From assembly GCA_964016885.1 (NCBI GenBank), contig OZ024746.1, positions 92,194,001-92,258,000 on the forward strand: a stretch of DNA of 64,000 nucleotides. The letters run 5' to 3'. The notes beneath the pieces are model-generated. The model was given only the letters and a program-made list of their open reading frames with translations, was not told the DNA's origin and did no database searches. Shown here in pieces: positions 24,999-37,200 of the stretch. Origin of the DNA: Eledone cirrhosa (Eukaryota). A program made the translations under genes and the position numbers. Every line of letters starts with the position of its first letter. Within the stretch, counting starts at the first letter, position 1.

Positions 24999-27900
24999 CT
25001 GAAAAATAAATAAAAGAATAAATAAACACAGTAAAGATGAAAGATAGAACAAGTGAAAATACTTTTTAAAAGATAAAATGTTTACTATAGAAAACAACAA
25101 TGGACAATAAAGGATAACCAGGAATAAGATTGGTTAGAGAAAACTGGAATATCTCATCATTTTATATCTACCTTCCACCACCATCATCAGCACCACCTCC
25201 ATCATCATCAGCACCACCTCCACCACCATCAACAACACCACCTCCACCACCACCATCATCACAATCATCCTTACCCCTATCCCTAATATTTAACATAGAT
25301 GTGTGTGTGTGTCTCATGGTAAATATAGACAAGATATTAGTATAGTAGCTTGCTACAAAGGGGCGATAAATAAGATTGAATTTGCATTGATTACCAGCAG
25401 GAAAATGCTGAAAGAGAGCACATCAATGAAAATATTGAATAAAAGAATGCATGCACGAAGAAAATTATAAGTGAGGCGCTAAGGGCCTTGTTAAGCCACT
25501 GTGTCAAATGACTAGCTGTCTTGCTATTTATACATGACCACCCGGGGTCTAACAGAAACGGATAAAGTCTGACATGTGCAAAGTTGCTGTTCTTGCATTA
25601 AATGTTAGTTGTTATGGTAAGTGTTGTACCAGAGCTGTGTAGCTGTTATGGTAAGTGTTGTAACAGAGCTGTTATGGTAATCGTTTTACCAGAAGTTGTT
25701 GTCAATGATGATGCTGTTCATGTTTTACCAGAGCTGTGTAGCTGTTATGGCAAATGTAGTACCAGAGCTCTGTAGATGAAACTGTTATGGTAAATATTGT
25801 ACCAGAGCTGTGTGGATGAAGCTGTGATGGTAGTTTACCAGTAGCTGTGTACGGATGGGTATTTGCATTTACCGATTGCTAATTCCAGTGAAGAGAGATC
25901 CAACAACTCTAGAGTGGCTGTTCTGCAGCCATAAAATGTGAGTGCTGGCAAGGAGTTGATGGGTAGGCGAGAAATTGTCAGCTTCCCAGTGAATGCCGAA
26001 ATTGTTTGACAGAAAAAAATGGATAAAGTTGCTTTGAAAAGAAAGCAAAAAGTTGATCTGTTGGTGGGTCGTAGTTGATGTCATTGTAACAGTTTTCCGT
26101 GATTCCAAGGTGTGGTGGGTTGCAAAGCTCCCACATTGTTGATGCTTAAGCTGCTGAATGTGACGAAGTTGTTATTTTAAAAGCATTTTCCCCCATGCTT
26201 TATGGCTAGTGGTTAACCAATGTTGTCACTGCTGCTTCTACTGTCAAAGTTGTTAATGGAAGCCATGTTGAAAAAAGATTTTTTCTCGCGCTGTAATTTT
26301 TTAAAATACAGCTAATTTTTCTTCCAAGGATGTTTTCTTATGCAGGTTCATTGAAGGTAAACAATGTGATGTCATGTTATCAACAAGAAAGTTTTTACAT
26401 GGCGTGTTGATACAATACAATACAATACAATACAAGAAAAGTTTGCGTGTTGTTTTCTTATTTTTAAATAATACTTATTTTTTTTTTTTAGGGTAACATT
26501 TAGTTCGAAAATGTTCGCGTGTTAGGTCACCAATGAAGATAGTATTTAATAAGATATATGTGTGAATGATAATATTTGTATTTGTGTATCAATAGAAGTC
26601 ACCAGTGAAGCAGTTTATAACATAAGAGGATGTATGTATTATGTTATCAGTATAGCAGCACGTAATATTCACCGTTTTAATAGTATAGTATAACTTTTAG
26701 CAGCGTCTAATGTATAACCAGAATATGTAATAATAATGTATTTGTTTGTTTGTAATTGGAAAGGTGTGGTTCGTAATATCAATAAATGTAAGTTGAATTG
26801 AGGTTCTTCTGTAAGTCTCATAATCTGTTGCTCTGCTGTGAATATAACTTTGGAAAGAATATTTCCATATCAGATAAGACTTTACAATGTTTTTATATGA
26901 TTTATTAACAAAGATGAGAAGAGTTGCGTTAGCTGGGCTGGCATGCCAAAAGAACTGAAACAAACATTTTATGATTCTGTAAGAGAAGACACGGTCCAGT
27001 GGCTGAAGTGAAATGCCAGGCCGTGGTAAAGTTTGGTAGTTACATTTTGGAATGATGTTTGTTGAGCAAAAACAAATAGTTGTTACCTTAATGAGGTCGA
27101 GCTGCGAGAGAATTAATTTATCATAAGAAATAGGAATTTCTCCATTTGGGCGGAAGTTGAGATACATTTCCCTAAGCTGCTAGCAATTGGCTTAACTCAG
27201 CCAAACAACGTACGGAAAAGGGTATCAATGCACCAAAGGAAAGTAGCTTGCTACAGTATTAACAACAAGTTGATAAGATGAGGAATGATGTTCAGTCTAT
27301 AGTAGAGGAGTAGATAGCAGTATAGCTTACTAGCAGCACAACAACTATTACAACTACCACTTGTAATAATGGATGACTTGCTAGTATACGAGGGATCTTC
27401 AAAAATTTTGTGGAAAAAGGACAGTTGGAAAAAACAGTTTAAGTTATGTTTATTTTACAACGTATGCTCCATCAAGGTCAATACACTTCTCCAAGTGTTG
27501 ATAACAGCCTTTAAGTCCATCTCTAAAACTGAGGGCCATGAGATTTAAACCATGTCAAAGCAGCTTTTTTTTACATCTTCAACCTCATCTCTTCCACTTC
27601 TAAAGCTACATCCATTTGTAGGTTGTTGATTTCTTTGGGGTGTTATCCCCATAAACTTGGTCCAGAGCATCAATGACTAGGCTGCTCTTCCACCTTACCT
27701 TCATCATGAATTTGATGGAGGCCATGTTGCTCAAGCAGGTGATGACTTCTGACTGGTGGCGCCACGTTGCAACATACATTTAAGGGTTCATGTTAGAACA
27801 TGTTATGACACATTAGTACGAGAATGTACAGGTGGATCGAGATCAAAATCCCTGCACATGAACTTTAGCTATGTACTTTTTACACAAACCTTTTGAAGCC

Positions 27901-30900
27901 TCCTCGTATACTTTGGTTAAGGGTTTTAGCTGACACCATCATGATCCTCCCAGGAATCTAACAAAACACCTGAGTTGTGATAAATTTTAAGGAGAGAGGC
28001 CTGCACCAGCACTGTGTTGATACTGAAAACAGCAGTTCAACCAACCATGCAACAAGTCCAACTGACTGGTGACAGCAGAGAAATACTATTTAGGTAACAA
28101 TTATTGCTTGATCATACCATGTCTAGGATAGAAAATAGGTGATAACATTATTGTAATCATTTCCTCACCACACATGTATTTCTAATTAGATTTGATGTTT
28201 ACTAGACATGTAAGTTAAAGTAACTTAACTATTGCTATTTTTAATGAGGATAACATCCCTGAGTAATTAACCTCAATTATATATTTCTATACACAATATT
28301 ATGTTCGATGAGTCTAATATGTTGAATCACTACACCACAGCCATCCAGTGTTGTACACAGAGCCTTGTCTGGGTGTTATGATAAGATGACGCTAGAGCTG
28401 GTCAAAGTGTTACTGTCTAAAGTTTAGACTCTAAACCATCCAAGCATGAAAAAGAAATGACCATATGGACATTATGATAATGTTGATGATGTTGCAACAT
28501 TATCTATATATCTATATAATGGGCGGTGAATTGGCAGTATCGGTAGAGGGTCGGACGCCATGCTTTGACGCATAGAGTTACGGCCCTTGCCATTCTGAGT
28601 TCAAATCCCGCCGAGGTTAACTTTGCCTTTCATCCTTACGGGGTCGATAAAATAAAGTACCAGTAATGTACTGGATAATTTGCTGGCCTTGTGCCAATAG
28701 TAGAAACAATTATCTATATATCTAAAATAGAGAATGTCTGTCTGTCTGACTCCCTAAAACTCGAGAACCACCCAACCGATTTTTTTCAAACTTTACACAT
28801 GTAATACTTATGGTCGTGTGAGTGTTTTGAGCAAAAAATATTTCAAATTTTCGATGCCCTAGGGACAACATTAGGCGCCGGTTAGCGATCTCTATCTTTT
28901 TTAGTCTGTCTTTTTAGATAGATACATAGCTATAACGTCGCGCCCTTATAATATCTGCCTGTCTGCATTACAACATTGACTTCGCTGCAAGGGTAGGGCG
29001 GGAATTGATTCTGGCTTGATTTCTACAGCTAGATGCCCTTCCTAACACCCTCATTTACAGTGCATGCTGGGTGCTTTTTTGCCATGGCGCCTACACGTCC
29101 ACTTTACAGTGTGGGCTGGGTGCTTTTTTGCTGTGGCACCTCCACGATCACTTTACAGTGGAATGATAGAGACCCCAGTCCCTATCATCTCATTTCTACA
29201 ATTATAATTAAAATAACAGATTAAAGTTTAAGCGAAGAATCACTGCTTTCACCCTTAACGGGATCTTCTGAAACTAAAAAAAAAAAAAATCAATCTGTGA
29301 ACGCAAAGTAAATATTTTGAAAAATGTTACACACTATATATGTATATATAGTGTGTGTGTATATATATATATACAGGGTGTGGACGATATTTGTTCGCTA
29401 TTTTCAACTGCTAATTTCATGCAAATTTTTTTTAAATTCCATTGTCACTCTTGTCTTCATAAAAACAGTGACTATATTTCCATTATTTATTTTCAGAATA
29501 ATTGATTATGAATAATTTTGAACCTCCAAATTTGTGGAAGAGACACGGAGTTCTTGGAATCCGCGCCGGAGGACAAATAAGACCAGAAGATCAACTCCCA
29601 GAACAACAGGTGGCTCGCTGTCTCATCCAAAGACGTGCCTAGAGTCATGCAGACAAAGTTTCCAGCGACAACATTGGTCTTAGGCATCAAGGTGACGTCA
29701 TGCCATCTCACTTCTTCCCTGACGGTCTAAAGCTGAACACCAATGGCTACATCCGCGTTCTGAGCGAGGTAGTAAAGCTTTGGATCGACCACGTAGCTGC
29801 AGGTAGGCCGTACGTGTGGCAGCAAGACTCAGCGCCCTGCCATACCAGCCGAAAGACCCAAGCCTGGCTGTCAGAGAACTTCGTCGACCACACTTCACCT
29901 GACATCTGGCCTCCCAGCTCGCCTGACTGCAACCCCCTCGACTTCTTTGTGTGGGGCGCAGTGGAACGAGACACCAACAGATCTAGCTGCAATACGAAAG
30001 ACGATCTGAAGGCCAGGATCACAAGTGCCTTTAGGGGCCTAAGTCGGGGGACAGTGACAAAGGTTTTTAGCCGGTTCCGAGGCCGCCTTGAGGCCGTCAT
30101 CAAAGCCAATGGCGGGTTTATCGAGTGAGATCGAAAGAACAAGTCATGAAGACAAACTGACCCAAGTTTGATAAATATATCTTAAAAAATAAAACTACTG
30201 TGTTATTTTTTCCTAGACAGTAAATTTTGCGAACAAATATCGTCCACACCCTGCAGTGTGTAACGTTTTTCGAAATATTTACTTCTGCGTTCACAGATTG
30301 ATTTTTTTAGTTTCAGAAGATCCCGTTAAGGGTGAAAGCAGTGATTCTTTGCTTAAACTTTAATCTGTTATTTTAATATATATATATATATTATATATAT
30401 ATAATTCTACCTGGAGTTGCGACCGGTAGATAGTACTAGCAACTGGAAAGACCAACGGAAACATTGTTTCCTCGGTCCGATTTGACGGAAGTCGATCGAT
30501 CCTTTATTATATATAATTGTAGAAATGAGATGATAGGGACTGGGGTCCCTATCATTCCATGGCAAAAAAGCACCCAGCCCACACTGTAAATGAGGTTGGT
30601 GTTAGGAAGGGCATCCAGCTGTAGAAATCAAGCCAGAATCGGTTCCCATCCCACCCTTGCAAGCAGGGAAAAGCGAACGTAAAATGAAATGATGAAAATT
30701 ATATATTCGTGTACAGATATTTTTGCATACACAATAACAAAATATAAAGAAACGTATTTATTTCACGAGGCTCGACAGCAGCAAAAACAACAAAAAAAAG
30801 AGGGAACGCAATTACATGCTTTTGAAAAATCTTAATGGGAAATTATTTGCCTATTCACCCAAGGCGACGTCACTTTTTATTAGTACTTCTGCATCAATTG

Positions 30901-31149
30901 GTGAACATACAACGAAATTGTTTCAGAAAGAAGGGATAAACATGCCAATCTATGTTTAGAATCCCGAGCAATGCTGAGCCATTCTGCTAGTTAATAACTA
31001 AAAATATGTATATTGTCTAGAACTTACTTTTTTGTCCCACCGGTGAATTTTGTGGTGGTGGAATTTTTCTTTGCAGAGGACGTCATCTGTGGCCTGAGAG
31101 GAAACAGAGAAATCAGTGTTGGAAAGGACACAAATACATACAATATACA

Positions 31150-31209
<60 letters not shown>

Positions 31210-34200
31210 TCACAATAAACTGGAGCAAATGTGAAATAAAGTGTCTTGCTCAAGGAAACAACACATCAGCCTTGTCTTGCTCAAGGGTGATGTGCTGTTT
31301 CCTTGAGCAAGACACTTTATTTCACATTTGCTCCAGTTTACTCAGCTGTAGAAATGAGATGATAGGGACTGGGGTCCATATCATTCCACTGCAAAGTGGT
31401 CGTGGAGGTGCCACGGCAAAAAAAGCACCCAGCACTCACTGTAAATGAGGTTGGTGTTAGGAAGGGCATCCAGCTGTAGAAATCAAGCTAGAATGAGTTC
31501 CCGTCCCACCCTTGCAAGCAGGGAAAAAGCAGACGTAAAATGAAATGATGATGAATGATGATGATGATGAGATCATCATTCATTTTACGTCCCTTTTTCC
31601 CTGCTTGCAAGGGTGGGACGGGAACTCATTCTAGCTTGATTCCTACAGCTGGATGCCCTTCCTAACACCAACCTCATTTACAGTGAGTGCTGGGTGCTTT
31701 TTTTTCCATGGCGCCTACACATCCACTTTACAGTGTGGGCTGGGTGCTTTTTTGCCGTGGCACCTCCACGACCACTTTGCAGCGGAATGATAGGGACCCC
31801 AGTCCCTATCATCTCATTTCTACAGCTGAGTAAACTGGAGCAATGTGAAATAAAGTGTCTTGCTCAAGGAAACAACATCACCCAGTCTGAGAATTGAACT
31901 CACAACCTTTCGATTGCAAGGCCAATGCTCTAACCACTAACTACATTACAGTGTGAACTGGGTACTTTTTACACTAACTCTAACATGTATTGTGACATGT
32001 ACTGTAACCTGTACTGTGACATGTATTGTAACATGTTGTACTGTGACATATACTATGACTGTGACGTACTATGGCTGTAGGTATAATAATAAAAAGTCTG
32101 CAGTTATCCTGTATAACCTCCCACCATCTCTCTAGAAGTGTTGTCAAATACTTACCCAATATTTCGTGTCCCAAACCGCATTGGAAACTTCTGTCGTGTT
32201 GGCAATTTCTGGAGAGGTTTCATCTTTAGAGACTCACTTCTATGAAGCTTTATATTTCCTGAATTAAAAAATATAAGAGAGTGGCAATGAAGAGAATAGA
32301 AAGTGTGAAGCTTTAAAATAATAAGCACCACCATCCCCATCTATGCCGTACAGTGTTCGTCAACCATCGTTGCCCTTTTGCTCAACACTGACAAAGGAAC
32401 GATGAACTAGTTTCTAGCTTCTTAGCTGTCATCAGCACCGTATACCTTCCTGTCAATCGATTGAATGTTTGAAAGTATATACTTTCCTTATGCATATTCG
32501 GGCTGTTTGTTTACAAACAAACCGAACATTATAATAAATGTTCGGGAAACCCATACGTACATATATATATGTGTGTGCATCTATGTATGTACGGATACAT
32601 ATATATATATATATAGGAAAAAAGTATGACCCCGACGGCAGAGCTCAAGCCATTTTGACGGCTATTTCTGTCCAGAAATAGCTGTCGAAACGGCTAGTGC
32701 TCTACCATCGGGGTCATACTTTTTTCCTATTTCCACTTTACTACCCTAAGTATTGAGTACTCTGGTGCATTATGGTCCATCTGGTTCCTTACCACAATTC
32801 CTTTGTTATATATATATATATATATATAACATAACAGTACAGAGAAGTACGGAATACCTCGGCCTCGGGATGGTGTCTATATTTTGTGCTTATAAGAAAA
32901 ATTTATCATAGATTACCAGGCATTTTTTCCGTACGAAATAAATCAATACTTTATCGTGAAATAAATACTTTTGTTTATATTTTGTTATTGTGTATGCAAA
33001 AATATCTGTACACGAATATATATATATATATATTAAAATAACAGATTAAAGTTTAATCTATACACACACACACTGATCACGTCATGACAATGCAGACAGT
33101 CAGGCATACAGATATTATAAAGGCGTGATATCTATGTATCTATCTATATTATAAAGGCGTAATATCTATGTATCTATCTAAAAAGAGAAAGACTAAGAGA
33201 GAGAGAAAGAGATCGCTAAATCGCCTAATGCGGTCTTTAGGGCCTTAAAAATTTGAAATTTTTTTTTGATCACAACACTCAATAAGACTATAAGTATTAC
33301 ATGCGTAAAGTTTGAAAACAATCGGTTGGGTGGTTCTCGAGTTTAGTGATTGTACAGACAGACTAACAGACATTCTCTGTTTTAGTAATATAGGTGACAG
33401 AATAATTAAACTTAGACCTGTACTAAACAGAACAACCATAACAATTATATCTGCTTAAGCTCTTCAATCTGGACTTCCAGACATACAAAAAGACAGGTTC
33501 TATGAGTCCCTAATGCACACCTCCCAAATTAATGACAACCACTTCCTACACATTGCAGGTGACTTCAACGGACATGTGGGGACAACTCTGCGAGGGCTTT
33601 GATGGCATCCACGGGGGTCAGGAGTATGGTCCTAGAAATGAAGAAGGCTTCAGACTACTGGAATTCTGTGATGTCAATGACATATATTTGTAACAAACTT
33701 CAGAAAATGAGACCGCCACCTAATCACAGATAGATCAAGTGACCTCGCCAGCCAAATTGATTTCATTGTTACTAGAAGACGAGACAGAGTGACTATTAGG
33801 AACACAAAGCCCCTCCCCAGTAAAGAATGCACCTCCTAACATAACTTAGTAGTTAGTGACCTTATAGTCAGGGTTAGAAGAACTCAACAGAAGCCAACCT
33901 GGAGGAGATGAGTATGGAAGTTAAAAGACCCATCAAACAGTGACAAATTTAGAAGTATGTTGACTGACGCCTTCGACAACAAAGAAGAGCAAATAGAGAC
34001 ATACGATATAGAGGAGCAGTGGGAGTTCCTGAAAGATAACCTACTGAAGACGACAGATGAAATCTGTGGTTGGAGTAGGTCCCTTGGGAGACAGAGAGTG
34101 ACTTGGTAGTAGAATAGTAAAGTAGACAAGAAAATTAAGGCCAAAAGACAGGCTTGGATAGATTGGTGTAATGGGGGTAGCAGGGAAGTTTACCAGAAGG

Positions 34201-37200
34201 TTAGGGGAGAAGCTAGGCGACAAGTTTATCTCGCTAGAAGGGAAGCAGAAAACAAAAAATTTAAGCATGTTTTGTAGTGTGAGGTGTTCAGGATCTCTAG
34301 ACAGTGCGTCAGGGATAATTGTGATGTCGCTGGAGAGAAGTGTATCAGAAATGACTTTGGTAAACTTGCCCTCACTGATGCTGAAAAGAAGGTAGCATGG
34401 AAGTGCCACTATGAAAGATTACTGAATAAGGAGAATGCATGGGATAATGACAGTCTGACACATATCGACCCAACAGAGGGAGCGGCTGTACAAGTTAGTG
34501 GTAGTATAGTAAGCCAATCAAGATATGAAGTCAGGCAGGGCAGCTGGCCCCTCAGGGATAGTTGCTGAGACGCTGAAAACTTCAGGTATGGTGGGCCACA
34601 CCATAGTCTCCCACATTGTAAACCAAGTTATACAAAATGGTGTCATACCCAATGACAGGTCTAGCAGCATCATCGTAAACTGCTACGAGGGCAAAGGAGA
34701 TTCGCTAGATAGAGAAAACTATAGAGGCATTAAGTTGGTCGACCAGGTTATGAAGGTCACTAAATGAGTTTTAGCTCAGCTGATTAGAGAACGTATTAAC
34801 ATAGATGAGATGCAGTTTGGATTTTCTCAGGTAAGAGTACTACAGATGCCCTCTTCCTTGTAAGACAACTGCAGAAGTTCCTAGCTAAAAGTAAGCCCCT
34901 CTACCTGGCTTTTATCGACCTTGAGAAAACTTTTGACAGAGTCCTCCGTTCCATTATCTGGTGGGCTCTTAGGAAACTAAAAGTTGATGAATGGCTTGTG
35001 AGGGAAATTCAAGCAATGTCTAGAAGAACAGCCAGTAAGGTTAGAGTTAACAATGACTATAGTGAAGAATTTAGCATGCAGGTTGGTGTCCATCAGGGCT
35101 CTGTTATTAGCCCTCTTCTGTTTATTATCATTCTGCAGGCAATAACGGAGGAGTTTATGGGAACTTCTGTATGCTGATGACCTAACCCTTATAGCTGAAC
35201 TAGAGATGAAATTCCAAACCTGGGAGCAAGGCCTAGAATCTAAAGGTCTTAAAATCAACCTGGCAAAGACTAAAGTTCTAGTAAGTAGAAGGGATAACAG
35301 GGCCCAGATCTCCTCTGGGAAATGGCCCTGCTCAGTGTGCAGAAAAGGAGGAGGTAGAAATTCCATTCTATGTACCAAATGCAAACAATGGGTACACAAG
35401 AGATGTAGTGGGATCTTAGGCAAACTGACAAAGAACTCTGAGGATACAACCCCCTTCAAATGCTCAGAGGGCACGGTTGAAGTGGTAGATAGTTTCCGTG
35501 ACCAAATCAGTAGTGGGGGAGGGTGTTCCGAAAGCACAGTAACCAGAGTGAGATCAGGTTGGAGAAAATTCAGGGAGCTACTACCGTTACTAACTACAAA
35601 AGGTTTTTTCTCTCAAAATGAAAGGCAGACTGTCTGATGCATGTTACACAGTAGCGAGACCTGAGCTGAGGACCTGCAAAGATTGGAAAGAAATGAAGCC
35701 GCCATGCTTCACTGGATGTGCAATACCAATATACGTGAACAGCCAAGTATAATTACATTGCGTGAGAAATTAGGCTTAAGAGGGATCAGATGTTGTATAC
35801 AGGAGAGGAGATTGCGTTGGTATGGACATGTGATGCGTATGAAGGATGACAGCTGTATAATAAGGTACAGAGCACTCAAAGTAGAGGTAGCTGTGGTGTG
35901 GGCAGGCCTAAGAAGGCTTGGGATGAGGTAATAAAAGCTGACCTTGCACAATTACACCTCACTAAGGCAATGAACCTCTCGTGTTATGCAGTTTTACGAA
36001 AGACCTGCCCTCTATTATTCCCGGGATGAGGCTTATACCTAGTAGGCAACACCTTCCTCAACCTTCTATCCCCTCTCATTCACCTCCCTTAGCGGTAACC
36101 ATACCTCCCATACTAGGCTGTCCACATTTTCCCCCAACTTCAGAAAGCACCCAGCACACACTGTAAATGTGGTTGGATGTAGGAAGGACACTTGGCTGTT
36201 GAAACCAAGCCAAAATCTGACCCAGGTGAACTAAACAAAGGTCAGCCCAACCCATGAATGATGGATGCTAATCGACGCAGTTGATGATACATTTATGTGT
36301 ATATATACATATATATGAAGTGTGTATGTATATGCATATTATACATATATGGCATATGTATATACACGCAAAAATATATATGCTGGTACCACAAAACATC
36401 TGTCCACACTGTAAAGTGGACATGTAACAGACACGGCAAAAAGCACCCACTGTCGATGTGGTTGGCGTTAGGAAGGGCATCCAGCCAGAAACTCTCCTAT
36501 ATGAGTGAGATACGTTCACCCAACCCAACTTGCCTTTAAATGGGACAAACCTGTCTAACACATGCTAGAGTGGAAGATAGATGTTAATCGATGATGATAT
36601 ATATGAGTGTGTGTGTGTGTGTGTATATATATATATGGAAGAAAAAGCATTAGATATGAAAAGGATCAACAAAATAAAAAGAGAGAACCCATAAGCAGAT
36701 ATAAGGAAAGCGCACACACACATCATCATCATCATCATAAGAGAAAAATAAGGAAATCTATTTCTTACCAGCTGATTTTGTTCTTTCAAACATTGACGAT
36801 AAGCCATAACGATGTAGATTCCTGATATTTTCTTTAGCTGATGGCGTCAAATTACCAACAATATCCTTTGGCTTGTTCATTGTTAATATTCTCAATGGTA
36901 ACGTAGGCTTTGATTTTGTTACTGTAGCGCCACCTGCTAAATTTAAACGATTGCTGTCTCTGAAATGAAACGTAGAGCTGCTTTATGATCTCATCTACTG
37001 AAGGTAGTGGTAGACATTCTGTAGGTCAGTAATACAGTTGTCTAAAAAATAATTAATTAAATTAGAGGTCATAGCCAAGATAGTAGATTGCATTTTGTCC
37101 AGAACTATACAGTTCTGTTATAACTGATTCACAAGAGCTTATATCTGAAACAGTAAACTGCATTCAAAAACATTATTGAAATGAAAACGAATTTACACCT

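Larger units (their letters stand above)
28503..30990 (+). mobile_element. Non-autonomous Helitron-like element carrying nested insertions
   Basis: A|TC 5' end followed by (TGTC)n; 3' CCCGAGCAATGCTGAG hairpin remnant then CTAG|T; second copy inverted at 32845-33392. Confidence 0.7.

Noticed and set aside
25130-25345. Proline-rich ORF
   Set aside because: Degenerate (CCA/TCA)n trinucleotide tract antisense within the last intron
31880-31948. tRNA gene
   Set aside because: A and B boxes belong to a SINE head that continues into the SINE body; no complete cloverleaf or terminator
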